A DNA stretch of 58,523 bases from Candidatus Woesearchaeota archaeon (GCA_019322475.1 JAHWIN010000031.1:1-58523), one strand, 5' to 3'; positions 35,041 through 44,716 are shown, counted from the stretch's first letter. The notes: a model not told the origin generated them from the letters alone. A program made the numbers and translations.

Positions 35041-35819
35041 GCAAGTGGAACATATGCCCTGTTGGAAGGAAGCTGAAGCTGAATGACCCTATCTTTATAG
35101 AAGGGCTTCCGGGGATAGGGAATGTCGGCAAGGTGGCTATAGACTTTATGGCAGATGAGCTGGAATCCAGAAAAGCCTATGAGATAACCTCAGACACATT
35201 TCCCCATTCTGTCTTTGTCAATGAGGATAATCTTGTAGAGCTTCCTAAGATCGAGATAGTCCATGCAAGATGCAAGGGAAGGGATCTTTTGCTTATGGGC
35301 GGGGATGTGCAGCCCATAGATGAGGTAAGCTCCTATGAGTTCTCTGAGAAGATCCTTGATATTATAGAGGGGTTTGAGGGAAAAGAGATAATAACCTTGG
35401 GGGGCATAGGCCTGTCAGAGATACCAAAAAAGCCAAAGGTCTATTGCACAGGGAACTCCAAGAGGATAATCGAGAAATACAAGGACAAAAGGCTTAACAA
35501 TAATATATATGGGGTAGTAGGGCCCATAGTTGGGGTTTCAGGGCTGCTGCTTGGGCTTGCTGCAAAAAGGAATATCGGCGCTATAACATTATTGGCAGAG
35601 ACTTATGACCATCCCATGTATCTTGGGATAAAGGGCGCCAGGGAGATCCTTAACGTATTAAGGGATAAGCTGAAGCTTGAGATAAAGGTGAATAAGCTTG
35701 AGAAGGAGATAGCTTATATAGAGAAACAGATAATCAAGAGGACAGAGGAGCTTGGCGATGTCTCTAAAAAGAGCGCCTTGGACAAGATAAAGAGGAGAGA
35801 AGCCAATTATATAGGCTAG
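35037..35819 (+). CDS. PAC2-family proteasome assembly chaperone-like protein
   Basis: FIEGLPGIGNVGKVAIDFM signature. Length 260 aa. It occupies the conserved position after nop10. Confidence 0.7.
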   Translation: MSKWNICPVGRKLKLNDPIFIEGLPGIGNVGKVAIDFMADELESRKAYEITSDTFPHSVFVNEDNLVELPKIEIVHARCKGRDLLLMGGDVQPIDEVSSYEFSEKILDIIEGFEGKEIITLGGIGLSEIPKKPKVYCTGNSKRIIEKYKDKRLNNNIYGVVGPIVGVSGLLLGLAAKRNIGAITLLAETYDHPMYLGIKGAREILNVLRDKLKLEIKVNKLEKEIAYIEKQIIKRTEELGDVSKKSALDKIKRREANYIG

Positions 35820-35995
35820 GCCGTTTTATTGCGGGATTTCTTCAATAATATGTATTTGGTTTTAAGCTTTTTTGGGCAAAAACCCCATTTTTTCACTCTA
35901 AAATAGAAAAGTAGTTAAATAAGCGTCACTTCCCAGAGGTAATTGTAGGTATATACGCGTATATAATCGGATAAAAAGGGGTGGGAGTATTATAT

Positions 35996-36913
35996 ATGAG
36001 ATATAAACCTGTTTTGGGAGTTTTGATCTTTGTAATATTTTCTACTATTGTCTTTGCTAACGTCCCTCCACCGATACCTACAGAGTACTGGGGCAGGCTT
36101 CTTATCGACGGTGAACTGGCTCCTGACGGGACAGAGGTAAGCTATTTTAACGGGGACGAGTGGGCTATAACAACCACTGTTGACGGATGGTACAGCCTTA
36201 TGCTGACAGGCGGGGACAGCGACCTTACGTTTGCTGATGACCATGAATGTGTCCAGCATTGGGCTGATGAAGAGGCATGCATACCATGCAATCCTGGGGT
36301 TGACTGTATAGAGGGGCCGCAGGAAGGGGATGAGGTAGATGTTTATGTTGATGATATACCTGTTTCTGTAGACTGGGGGGGTGATGCTTCAATAAAAGAG
36401 ACTCAGTTTAGGGTCATAAGGCTAAATGAGGGATGGAACCTGAGGAGCCTTCCATTAAAAGAAAATGATAATTCAATAGAGAGAATCATCCATGGCCTTT
36501 CAGGTCAGATAGTCATCTGGAACTACAACGAATCAGGGGACTGGAATGTTTATGATACTGAAGCCCCATTTCCCTGGATAAACACTCTTCAGACCTTAGA
36601 ATATGGAAAGGCCTATTGGATAAAATCTGAAATGAGCCAGGATCTTGCTCTTGCAGGAACTCCAGCCGGCGAAAAGACAATAGTTTTGAGAGAGGGATGG
36701 AATTTTGTAGGGTTCAACTCTTCACAGGCTCCTATTCCTGAAGCTATCTCAGGGCTGGAATCTCCTCTTGTAATATGGGGGTACAACGAATCAGGGGACT
36801 GGAATGTTTATGATACTGAAGCCCCATTTCCCTGGATAAACACACTAAAGGATATGAAACAGAGCATGGGCTATTGGATAAAGTCAGCCATACAGCAGGC
36901 ATGGCAGATCTGA
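35996..36913 (+). CDS. Secreted protein with two GWNL modules and an exact internal 62-bp duplication
   Basis: Signal peptide MRYKPVLGVLIFVIFSTIVFA. Motifs: EGWNLRSLPL...GDWNVYDTEAPFPWINTL...KAYWIKS and EGWNFVGFNS...GDWNVYDTEAPFPWINTL...MGYWIKS. DNA at 36524-36585 is identical to 36782-36843. Confidence 0.6.
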   Translation: MRYKPVLGVLIFVIFSTIVFANVPPPIPTEYWGRLLIDGELAPDGTEVSYFNGDEWAITTTVDGWYSLMLTGGDSDLTFADDHECVQHWADEEACIPCNPGVDCIEGPQEGDEVDVYVDDIPVSVDWGGDASIKETQFRVIRLNEGWNLRSLPLKENDNSIERIIHGLSGQIVIWNYNESGDWNVYDTEAPFPWINTLQTLEYGKAYWIKSEMSQDLALAGTPAGEKTIVLREGWNFVGFNSSQAPIPEAISGLESPLVIWGYNESGDWNVYDTEAPFPWINTLKDMKQSMGYWIKSAIQQAWQI

Positions 36914-36925
36914 AAGGGATGAAAG

Positions 36926-39900
36926 ATGAAAACAAAACAACTATGGGCTTTGATCTTTTCGGTGCTTTTGCTGCCTATAGTATTTGCACAACCTCCTACT
37001 CCTTCAGGTTTTTTTGGAACTGCAACTTTAGATTCACAGCCGATAACGGCCGGAACGACAGTAGATGCTTATGATCCTGACGGCATCCTTTGCGGCACAT
37101 TTACCAATCCGGGGGGCATCCAGGAAGGGTATTATGGTTCTTTGTTCTGTTCAGGAGATGATTCTGAAACTTCGCAGGATGAAGGGGCGGAACAGGGAGA
37201 CCAGATAACATTCTATATAAATGGGTTTTCAGCTTCTTTAGTGCTTTCTTCTACGACAGATGATATGTGGACAGAAGGGGGAACAAAATGGGGGACTAAC
37301 CTGGAGGCATATTCCGGATGCCAGAATGACCTTGAGTGTGATGACGGGGTGTACTGCAATGGAGCTGAGATCTGTAATATTGTAAGCCATGAGTGTGAAG
37401 CAGGAACACCAGCAGACTGCAATGATGATGTTGACTGCACATATGACAGCTGCAACGAGGCTACAGACAGCTGCGACAACACAGCAGATGACGCTTACTG
37501 TGATGACAACTTGTGGTGCAACGGAATAGAGACATGCGATGCTATAAACGACTGCCAGGCAGGGACTGCTCCTGTCCTTGATGACGGCGTTTCCTGCACT
37601 GTAGACCAGTGTGATGAGGCTAATGATGAAATCACACATACGCCTGACGACAGCCTTTGCTTAGACGGCCTGTGGTGCAACGGAATAGAGACATGCGATT
37701 CTATAAACGACTGCCAGGCAGGAACACCAGCAGACTGCAATGATGATGTTGACTGCACAGACGACAGCTGCAACGAGGCTACAGACAGCTGCGACAACAC
37801 TGCAGATGACGCTTACTGTGATGACAACTTGTGGTGCAACGGAATAGAGACGTGCGATTCTATAAACGACTGCCAGGCAGGGACTGCTCCTGTCCTTGAT
37901 GACGGCATTTCCTGCACTGTAGACCAGTGCGACGAGGCTAATGATGAAATCACACATACGCCTGACGACAGCCTATGCTTAGACGGCCTGTGGTGCAACG
38001 GAATAGAGACATGCGATGCTATAAACGACTGCCAGGATGGTATCATCCCAGATTGTGATGACGGCATTTCCTGCACTGTAGACCAGTGTGGTGAGGGTAT
38101 AGACCTGGACGACAATCTTGGCACATGCATCTATGACACCTCTTCCTGCTCCTGTGTTTTAGATACTGACTGCGATGACGGCAACCCATGCACAGATGAC
38201 ACCTGCAATCCTGACCTGACATGCTCTCACACCAATAATGATGCAAACAGCTGCAACGACGGCCTTTACTGCACGATAAATGACCACTGCTCTTCAGGCT
38301 CATGCACCTCTGACCAGAGGCCTGCAGATGACGGCATTTCCTGCACTGTAGACCAGTGCGACGAGGCTAATGATGAAATCACGCATACGCCTGACGACAG
38401 CCTTTGCTTAGACGGCCTATGGTGCAACGGCGCTGAGTACTGTGATCTCTTGCAGGACTGTCAGGATGGCACCAGCATTGACTGTGGTGATGAGGTTTCC
38501 TGCACTGTAGACCAGTGTGATGAGGGCATAGACCTTAACGATAATCTTGGAGTATGCACCTATGACACCTCTTCCTGCGCCTGCGCTTTAGATACAGATT
38601 GCGATGACGGCAACCCCTGCACAGATGACACCTGTAATCCTGACCTGACATGCTCTCACACCAACAATGATGAAAACCAATGCGATGACGGATTCTTCTG
38701 CACCATAAATGACCACTGCTCTTCAGGCTCCTGCATCTCAGCAGACCTAAGGCCTTTTGATGACGGCATTTCCTGCACCTATGACAGCTGTGACGAGGCT
38801 AATGATCAGATATTGAACGAGCCTGATGATTCTTACTGTGATGATGACCTATTCTGCAACGGCATGGAAATATGCGATGCTATAAACGACTGCCAGGACG
38901 GAACACCAGCAGACTGCAATGATGATGTTGACTGCACAGAAGACAGCTGCAACGAAGCCACAGACAGCTGCGACAACACTGCAAGTGACGCTTATTGTGA
39001 TGACAACTTGTGGTGCAACGGCCAGGAGACATGCCACGAGTTAGACGACTGCCAGGACGGAACTGCCCCTACCCTTGATGACGGCATTTCCTGCACTGTA
39101 GACCAGTGCGACGAGGCTAATGATGAAATCACACATACGCCTGACGACAGCCTTTGCTTAGACGGCCTGTGGTGCAACGGAATAGAGACATGCGACGCTA
39201 TAAACGACTGCCAGGATGGTATCATCCCAGATTGTGATGACGGGGTTTCCTGCACTGAAGACAGCTGCGATGAGGGCATAGACCTTAACGATAATCTTGG
39301 AGTATGCACCTATGACACCTCTTCCTGCAGTTGCGCTTCAGATCCAGACTGCGATGACGGCAACCCATGCACAGACGACACCTGCAATCCTGACCTGACA
39401 TGCTCTCACACCAATAATGATGAAAACCAATGCGATGACGGATTCTTCTGCACCATAAATGACCACTGCTCTTCAGGCTCCTGCATCTCAGACTTAAGGC
39501 CTTTTGATGACGGCATTTCCTGCACCGATGACAGCTGCGACGAGGCTAATGACAAGGTATTGAACGAGCCTGACAATCTTAAATGTGATGATGAAAATGA
39601 ATGCACCAAGGATGTTTGCGACGATATTAACGGCTGTTCTAACAACCCTGATGATGAGCTTATTGATAAACCATGCGGAGAGTTTATCGTGTGTCCTCCT
39701 GCTAAGTGTGAGGGTCCTATTGCACAGTTCTATCCTTCTGGAGGCCGTGGCTTCTGTGGCTATGATGGAGAATGCTGGGATTATTTATGTGAAATAGTGG
39801 CCTTACACTGCTCAGATGATGACCCTTTTGATGGTGTAAACGGCCTGCAGTGCGGAGCAGAGTGCGATCAGGATGAAGATTGCCCATGCCAGAATGAATG

Positions 39901-40567
39901 CATAGACTCAGATGGTGACGGGATCATAGACGATTATAAGTGGCATACTACTGCCTATGGCTCATGTGATGCAGGATGTGAATGCACGGGCTGCCAGCCA
40001 GACATATCCCTGGATGACCAGAGGTGCATAACTACGATGAAGTTTCCTATAGAGGCAGGGGCAAGCATCTTTTCCCTTCCTTTGATCCCTGAGACAGAAG
40101 TAACCTTTGACGCTATAAACCCAAGAATGGAAGATAGAGACGATGGAAGTGTCGATTGTTCTTTTCCTTCAGGGGTCTTAGCTGGGATAGCTTATTGGGA
40201 TCCTTTAAAGACACCTGAGAAGGATGGATCCAGGTATAGGCTCCTTTTTTCAGACAGTACCCTTTATCCTGGACAGGGCTATTACACCACCCAGGACCAT
40301 GATTGCAGCCTTAAAATGGAAGGGTATGAGTTCACTGCAGAAAAATTAGGGTATCTTGGAACCGGTAAAATATATAATGGATGGAATATGATAGGGGCTC
40401 CAAGCGAGGGGCTGGATGATTTTGACCTTGTTGATGAAAACTGCACCGTCATAAGCGGACCCTGGAGGCGTAACCCTGTTGAAAAGGAGTATGAGAGAAC
40501 TCAGGAGCTTGTGCCAGGGAAAGGCTATTTTATAAATGTAACAACCGAAATCTGCAGCCTGGGATAA
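36926..40567 (+). CDS. Giant secreted Cys/Asp-rich repeat protein (1213 aa) with a C-terminal GWNL-type module
   Basis: Signal peptide MKTKQLWALIFSVLLLPIVFA. Three module types are each reiterated 3-5 times: CNDDVDCT.DSCNEATDSCDNTADDAYCDDNLWCNG.ETCD, DDG.SCTVDQCDEANDEITHTPDDSLCLDGLWCNGIETCD.INDCQ.G, and DCDDGNPCTDDTCNPDLTCSHTNND..CDDG.FCTINDHCSSGSC. The C-terminus holds FSLPLIPE...GWNMIGAPS...GKGYFINV. Confidence 0.75.
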   Translation: MKTKQLWALIFSVLLLPIVFAQPPTPSGFFGTATLDSQPITAGTTVDAYDPDGILCGTFTNPGGIQEGYYGSLFCSGDDSETSQDEGAEQGDQITFYINGFSASLVLSSTTDDMWTEGGTKWGTNLEAYSGCQNDLECDDGVYCNGAEICNIVSHECEAGTPADCNDDVDCTYDSCNEATDSCDNTADDAYCDDNLWCNGIETCDAINDCQAGTAPVLDDGVSCTVDQCDEANDEITHTPDDSLCLDGLWCNGIETCDSINDCQAGTPADCNDDVDCTDDSCNEATDSCDNTADDAYCDDNLWCNGIETCDSINDCQAGTAPVLDDGISCTVDQCDEANDEITHTPDDSLCLDGLWCNGIETCDAINDCQDGIIPDCDDGISCTVDQCGEGIDLDDNLGTCIYDTSSCSCVLDTDCDDGNPCTDDTCNPDLTCSHTNNDANSCNDGLYCTINDHCSSGSCTSDQRPADDGISCTVDQCDEANDEITHTPDDSLCLDGLWCNGAEYCDLLQDCQDGTSIDCGDEVSCTVDQCDEGIDLNDNLGVCTYDTSSCACALDTDCDDGNPCTDDTCNPDLTCSHTNNDENQCDDGFFCTINDHCSSGSCISADLRPFDDGISCTYDSCDEANDQILNEPDDSYCDDDLFCNGMEICDAINDCQDGTPADCNDDVDCTEDSCNEATDSCDNTASDAYCDDNLWCNGQETCHELDDCQDGTAPTLDDGISCTVDQCDEANDEITHTPDDSLCLDGLWCNGIETCDAINDCQDGIIPDCDDGVSCTEDSCDEGIDLNDNLGVCTYDTSSCSCASDPDCDDGNPCTDDTCNPDLTCSHTNNDENQCDDGFFCTINDHCSSGSCISDLRPFDDGISCTDDSCDEANDKVLNEPDNLKCDDENECTKDVCDDINGCSNNPDDELIDKPCGEFIVCPPAKCEGPIAQFYPSGGRGFCGYDGECWDYLCEIVALHCSDDDPFDGVNGLQCGAECDQDEDCPCQNECIDSDGDGIIDDYKWHTTAYGSCDAGCECTGCQPDISLDDQRCITTMKFPIEAGASIFSLPLIPETEVTFDAINPRMEDRDDGSVDCSFPSGVLAGIAYWDPLKTPEKDGSRYRLLFSDSTLYPGQGYYTTQDHDCSLKMEGYEFTAEKLGYLGTGKIYNGWNMIGAPSEGLDDFDLVDENCTVISGPWRRNPVEKEYERTQELVPGKGYFINVTTEICSLG
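37898..38064 (+). repeat. Intragenic long repeat, copy A (167 bp, near-identical to 39077-39243)
   Basis: Both copies run from gatgacggcatttcctgcactgtagaccagtgcgacgaggctaatgatgaaatcacacatacgcctgacgac to gattgtgatgacgg. I saw only two mismatches by eye. Shorter related copies start near 37578 and 38329. Confidence 0.8.
39077..39243 (+). repeat. Intragenic long repeat, copy B
   Basis: See copy A. The two copies are 1.18 kb apart within the same ORF and in the same frame. Confidence 0.8.
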
Positions 40568-40666
40568 ATTTTCTTTTTTACGAGTTCAATAATAAAAGAG
40601 GTGATAATGTAGGCAGAGTTAGAGTAGTGAGGTTAGAAGATACAAACAAAACACTGGTGAGAAAAA

Positions 40667-41383
40667 ATGACATTACTTTATACAAGAAACCATAGAGGCA
40701 GGATAATAAGCAAACTTAATCCGAGGAATCCAGATATGCCTCTCTATAACCAAATATTCTCATATGCGACATTAGTTGCAATGTCACTTTATATCTCTGT
40801 CTTCGGTGTGGGTTGTAGCAAAAGTAAGGGGGGGTCTGAAAATCCAAATATCCCTTCACAATCAGACTCTAACACATCTACCCCTCAATCAGACTCTAAC
40901 ACATCTACCCCTCAATCAGACTCTAACACATCTACCCCTCAATCAGACTCTAACACTTCTATCTTTGACCCCATAACTGGAGTCCCTCGTTCTCCTTTTG
41001 ACTTAAGCATATATAATATCCCCCAGAAAAAAACGACGGATGAGATTGTTCAACACTATATTAAAAAATCACTATCTTATGACCCGAATTCAGATGTAGA
41101 TAGGGCTGTTCTGAGATATATTTATAGTTCATTCTCTCCCTCCAACGCGGGAGGCGTATATCCTATGCATGACCCTAATAGGAACCAACAGGACCATGGC
41201 TGCTTTATTACTAGTTTGTCTAACTATCTTAATGCATCTTCTCCCAATAAAATTCATGGATCCAGGAATAATTATCCTCCTGATATTAGCTATGAATGTT
41301 TGGGACCAGATTACCATAAATTTTCTAATCATTTTGAGCCATATAACCTAAGGAGGCGTGATATAAATTGCAGACCACATTAA
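40667..41383 (+). CDS. Lipoprotein-like protein with a (TSTPQSDSN)x4 tandem repeat
   Basis: The lipobox-like SVFGVGC follows a hydrophobic stretch, then SQSDSNTSTPQSDSNTSTPQSDSNTSTPQSDSNTS. An alternative start is the ATG at 40736 (MPLYNQ). Confidence 0.5.
   Translation: MTLLYTRNHRGRIISKLNPRNPDMPLYNQIFSYATLVAMSLYISVFGVGCSKSKGGSENPNIPSQSDSNTSTPQSDSNTSTPQSDSNTSTPQSDSNTSIFDPITGVPRSPFDLSIYNIPQKKTTDEIVQHYIKKSLSYDPNSDVDRAVLRYIYSSFSPSNAGGVYPMHDPNRNQQDHGCFITSLSNYLNASSPNKIHGSRNNYPPDISYECLGPDYHKFSNHFEPYNLRRRDINCRPH
40859..40956 (+). repeat. 27-bp tandem repeat, ~3.6 copies (CAATCAGACTCTAACACATCTACCCCT)
   Basis: Three perfect copies occupy 40859-40885, 40886-40912 and 40913-40939, followed by a 17-nt partial copy. 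All are in frame within the CDS. Confidence 0.9.
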
Positions 41384-43614
41384 TCACTGTTTTTTTATTT
41401 TTGCTCCTTTTACCTACTGTCAGTGCCAGCTATTTTACCGGAAACTTCAATGATCATGGGGAGGACATAGATTCTGACGGGCTTTTTGACTATCTTACTG
41501 TCAGGGCTGAGACCTATATCGACAAGCTGTCTTCAGGATACGAGTTCTTTGGGATGCTTCAGGACAGCGAGGGTAACGTATTAGAGTCAAGAACATGCGA
41601 AGAGCCTTCTTTTACCGGAAAACAATACCTTGAGCTGGATTTTTCAGGGACACAGCTTTACAGGAAAAAGGTAAACGGGCCTTATACCTTAAAGTATATA
41701 GAGATAAGCCCTAAGGACTGCGGCGGTGGAGGGATGGCTCCTCCGATGCCTCCTGAGTCTTCTCTGCATGATGCTTATACGACAGGACCGTACCTGTACA
41801 GCCAGTTCCAGAGCGGAGAGCCTGCAGTATACTGTGAGAGTTCTCCCTGTGTGGCATCGTCTTCCCTGATAGGGTCCAGGGATAATATCAATATTCCTGA
41901 GCCTAATTCCCCCAATACTATAGATTCATGCAAGGATGGGGGGGCAGGGTCATACCTTCATGACGAGTCGATAGAGAGCATAACAGCTACCAGCCTTGGC
42001 AGCGGCTTTTTCAAGGCAGGGGGCGATGTTGATGTGGAGGTGCAGGTTTACTGCAGCAGCCCTATGGACAAGCTTAATCTTGTATATTCTAACGACATAG
42101 ATGATATAGAATGGGAAGTGAAAGAGACCATGCAGTGCAGCTCAACAAAAGCGATGGAAACCATGTCAGCGTCATTTTTTCTGGATGATAATGCAGGGGA
42201 GCATGCAATAAGGTGCGTTTTTGGGCAAAATCTTGGTGAAGGCGAGGTATGCGGCGATGATAATTATGATGACAATGATGATATAGTCATTTATGTGAAG
42301 GAGTGCAATTCTGCAGGAGACTGCCAGAAGACAGAATGCGACCATCTGGACAGCTCTGCAGCAGGCTGCTATGGCGGGACTTATAGGGATTATAGTGATA
42401 TGCTGAATGAATGTAAGGTGGATTTTACATGCACGAAAAAAACATGCACAAGCTACAGCGAGATAATAACAGATAATGACGGTGACGGCTATGATACAGA
42501 ATGCGACAATGACTGTGATGACAGCAACCCGGATGCCAGTCCGGGGGCAGAGGAGATATGCTATAACGGCATAGATGATGACTGCAACGGATATACAGAC
42601 ATGGATGATCCGGAGTGCATGGGGAAGCACATGATCAGCCTGAAGAAGGGATGGAACCTGGTGTCTATACCTGTAATAAGCAGCAATAAGATAATTGAGA
42701 ACCCTGATCTCTCGAATGCAAACGTCAATAAGATAGCTGCACTTAAAAAAGGCGAGTGGAAGCTTTATGACGGGACCTCAAACTCAAACCTTGAGGAGCT
42801 TTTTAACCATGACGGGTTCTGGATCAGCTTAGAAGAAGATACGCCTATCCTGGTGGATGATGCAGAGGAAGAGGTGACCAGCTTTAGCCTTGCAAGGGGG
42901 TGGAACCTTATAGGGTACCCTTCTTTTGAGGAGAAGGACATAATGCTGCTGTTCAGCGATGTTATGGACAACATACTTAAGATATATGTTTATGACGGTG
43001 AATTCAGGCCTTTTAACCCTAAAAACCCTTCCAGCATAACCATAGGCCCCGGAGCAGGGATATTTGTCATGGTAAGTGGCGATGAGACATGGCACTTTGA
43101 CGGGGTGTATAAAAAAAGCAAGCAGAGCTTTAAGCTTGAGATACCTTCCGGATGGAGCCTGATCAGCCTGCCTTTGGCCCAGGAGGATACGGTCTCTGAG
43201 GTTTTTGGGGGGAATAATCTGTATTATCTTGAGGACGGCCTTTGGAAGGACATAAGCGGAAGCAGCACCATCCCTCTCAAGTATAGTTATTGGATCGATT
43301 CACCGGGAATCTCAGCAGATATAGAAGGCTATCTTATCCACAGCCTTGACATCGAAATAAATAAGGGATGGAACACGATAAGCTTCCCCAGGATGGAAGA
43401 GAAGGGCGCAGGGGAATTATTTTATGATGTTAAGGAAGATATAGATCTTGTAGAAACCTTTGAAGACGGGGAATGGAAGGTCTTTAGCCCTTCGAGGCCT
43501 CCTATGCTGAACTCATTAATATCTATAAAGCCGGGAGACGGGATATTTGTCAAGGCGAGAAACAGTGCTGAATGGAGATTTGAAGGAGACCACATAGAAA
43601 GGAGGGATGATTGA
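41368..43614 (+). CDS. Secreted protein with a MopE-like Cys/Asp metal-binding-type motif and four GWNL modules
   Basis: A TTG start lies 11 nt after AGGAGG. The signal peptide is MQTTLITVFLFLLLLPTVSA. DNDGDGYDTECDNDCDDSNPDASPGAEEICYNGIDDDCNGYTDMDD matches the DGDGY...CDD.NP...PGA.E.C.NGIDDDC pattern. The four modules read KGWNLVSIPV, RGWNLIGYPS, SGWSLISLPL and KGWNTISFPR. Confidence 0.65.
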   Translation: MQTTLITVFLFLLLLPTVSASYFTGNFNDHGEDIDSDGLFDYLTVRAETYIDKLSSGYEFFGMLQDSEGNVLESRTCEEPSFTGKQYLELDFSGTQLYRKKVNGPYTLKYIEISPKDCGGGGMAPPMPPESSLHDAYTTGPYLYSQFQSGEPAVYCESSPCVASSSLIGSRDNINIPEPNSPNTIDSCKDGGAGSYLHDESIESITATSLGSGFFKAGGDVDVEVQVYCSSPMDKLNLVYSNDIDDIEWEVKETMQCSSTKAMETMSASFFLDDNAGEHAIRCVFGQNLGEGEVCGDDNYDDNDDIVIYVKECNSAGDCQKTECDHLDSSAAGCYGGTYRDYSDMLNECKVDFTCTKKTCTSYSEIITDNDGDGYDTECDNDCDDSNPDASPGAEEICYNGIDDDCNGYTDMDDPECMGKHMISLKKGWNLVSIPVISSNKIIENPDLSNANVNKIAALKKGEWKLYDGTSNSNLEELFNHDGFWISLEEDTPILVDDAEEEVTSFSLARGWNLIGYPSFEEKDIMLLFSDVMDNILKIYVYDGEFRPFNPKNPSSITIGPGAGIFVMVSGDETWHFDGVYKKSKQSFKLEIPSGWSLISLPLAQEDTVSEVFGGNNLYYLEDGLWKDISGSSTIPLKYSYWIDSPGISADIEGYLIHSLDIEINKGWNTISFPRMEEKGAGELFYDVKEDIDLVETFEDGEWKVFSPSRPPMLNSLISIKPGDGIFVKARNSAEWRFEGDHIERRDD

Positions 43615-43615
43615 T

Positions 43616-44716
43616 ATGATCCTTAAGAGACTGATATTTATTTTTGCAACGGCCTTATTGTTATCGGGGCTTATCTCTCCAGCATATGGGTGGATTCCTC
43701 CGCCTCCAGGGACTAGCTGGGAGAACAACAATTCCCAGGAAACTTCCTTATCCTATGATTCGACGCTTCAGATGGAATCTTTTAAGATAGAGGTCGACGG
43801 GAAAACCGACAGCATAGGGAAAAATGGGAGTAAGATCTCAAGAGAGGCTAAGGAGGAGTCAGACATAGAGGTAAGGCTCAGCATCAAGAATATATGGGAA
43901 AAAGATATAGAGGATATCGATATCGAAGCAGCCATAGAGGACATAGATGATGGTGACGACCTTAAGGCTGATGATGACATAAGCCTGCTGGAGCCTGGCG
44001 ACTCTAAGAGGGCTGATCTTGATTTTAAGCTTCCCTTAAGGGTTGATGAGGGCAGCTACACCTTGGTGATAGAGGCAAAGGGAATTGATGAGGATCATAA
44101 TGTCCATACCCTGAGCTGGGAGGCTGTACTTGAGGTGGAGAAAGAAAAGCATAACCTGAAGATCACAAAGGCTTCATTATCCCCTTCTACAGCCAGATGC
44201 GGAGAGAACCTAAGGCTGAGCCTGGGCATCCTTAACCTTGGGAGGGATGAAGAGGAGGTTAAGATAGAGATAAAGAACGAATACCTTGAGGTAGATATAA
44301 TTGAAGAAGGGGTAGAGCTGGGCACAGGAACGGATAATGATGCCTCCTATGAGAAATCCTTCAGGCTTACCCTCCCTTCCAGCATAGAAAGCGGGACATA
44401 CTATCTTGATGTGAATGCATATTACGATGACGGCAAAAGCCCGGTTTCAGAGAAAAAGGAGATTGCAGTTGAATGCATAACAGGGGCAAACAAGGAGGTG
44501 AGGCAGCTTCCTGTAAAATCCCTTCCCCCCACTGTTTCAGAGAAGTTAAGCACGCTTGGGGAAGAGAAGAGCACCAGCGCAACAATATCTGCGGAAAGCA
44601 GGAAGTCTGCTGTCCTGCTGTTTACTCTGCTTTTTTTGGCTATGCTTGGCCTTATCATCTTCTTATTGGCGGTGATCATAATAATAAACGGCCGCCGGAG
44701 AAAGAGAGCCATATAG
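43616..44716 (+). CDS. Secreted surface protein with a C-terminal TM anchor and basic tail
   Basis: Signal peptide MILKRLIFIFATALLLSGLISPAYG. Two acidic beta-sandwich-like modules follow, possibly CARDB-like (LKITKASLSPSTARCGENLRLSLGILNLGRDEEEVKIEIKNE). The C-terminal anchor reads AVLLFTLLFLAMLGLIIFLLAVIIIINGRRRKRAI. I prefer the ATG at 43616, 9 nt after AAGGAGGG. Confidence 0.6.
   Translation: MILKRLIFIFATALLLSGLISPAYGWIPPPPGTSWENNNSQETSLSYDSTLQMESFKIEVDGKTDSIGKNGSKISREAKEESDIEVRLSIKNIWEKDIEDIDIEAAIEDIDDGDDLKADDDISLLEPGDSKRADLDFKLPLRVDEGSYTLVIEAKGIDEDHNVHTLSWEAVLEVEKEKHNLKITKASLSPSTARCGENLRLSLGILNLGRDEEEVKIEIKNEYLEVDIIEEGVELGTGTDNDASYEKSFRLTLPSSIESGTYYLDVNAYYDDGKSPVSEKKEIAVECITGANKEVRQLPVKSLPPTVSEKLSTLGEEKSTSATISAESRKSAVLLFTLLFLAMLGLIIFLLAVIIIINGRRRKRAI

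Noticed and set aside
36524-36843. Exact 62-bp repeat pair as a DGR template/variable repeat pair
   Set aside because: Both copies lie in frame within one gene and are identical, with no adenine-specific mismatches. No reverse transcriptase is present in the window. This is an intragenic domain duplication.
37213-39645. Series of 60-130-aa minus-strand ORFs (for example MLSQLSVASLQLS..., MCDFIISL...) inside the Cys-rich gene
   Set aside because: They are antisense shadows of the plus-strand repeat gene. They recur only because the DNA repeats recur, and the plus frame is open for 3.6 kb with a signal peptide.
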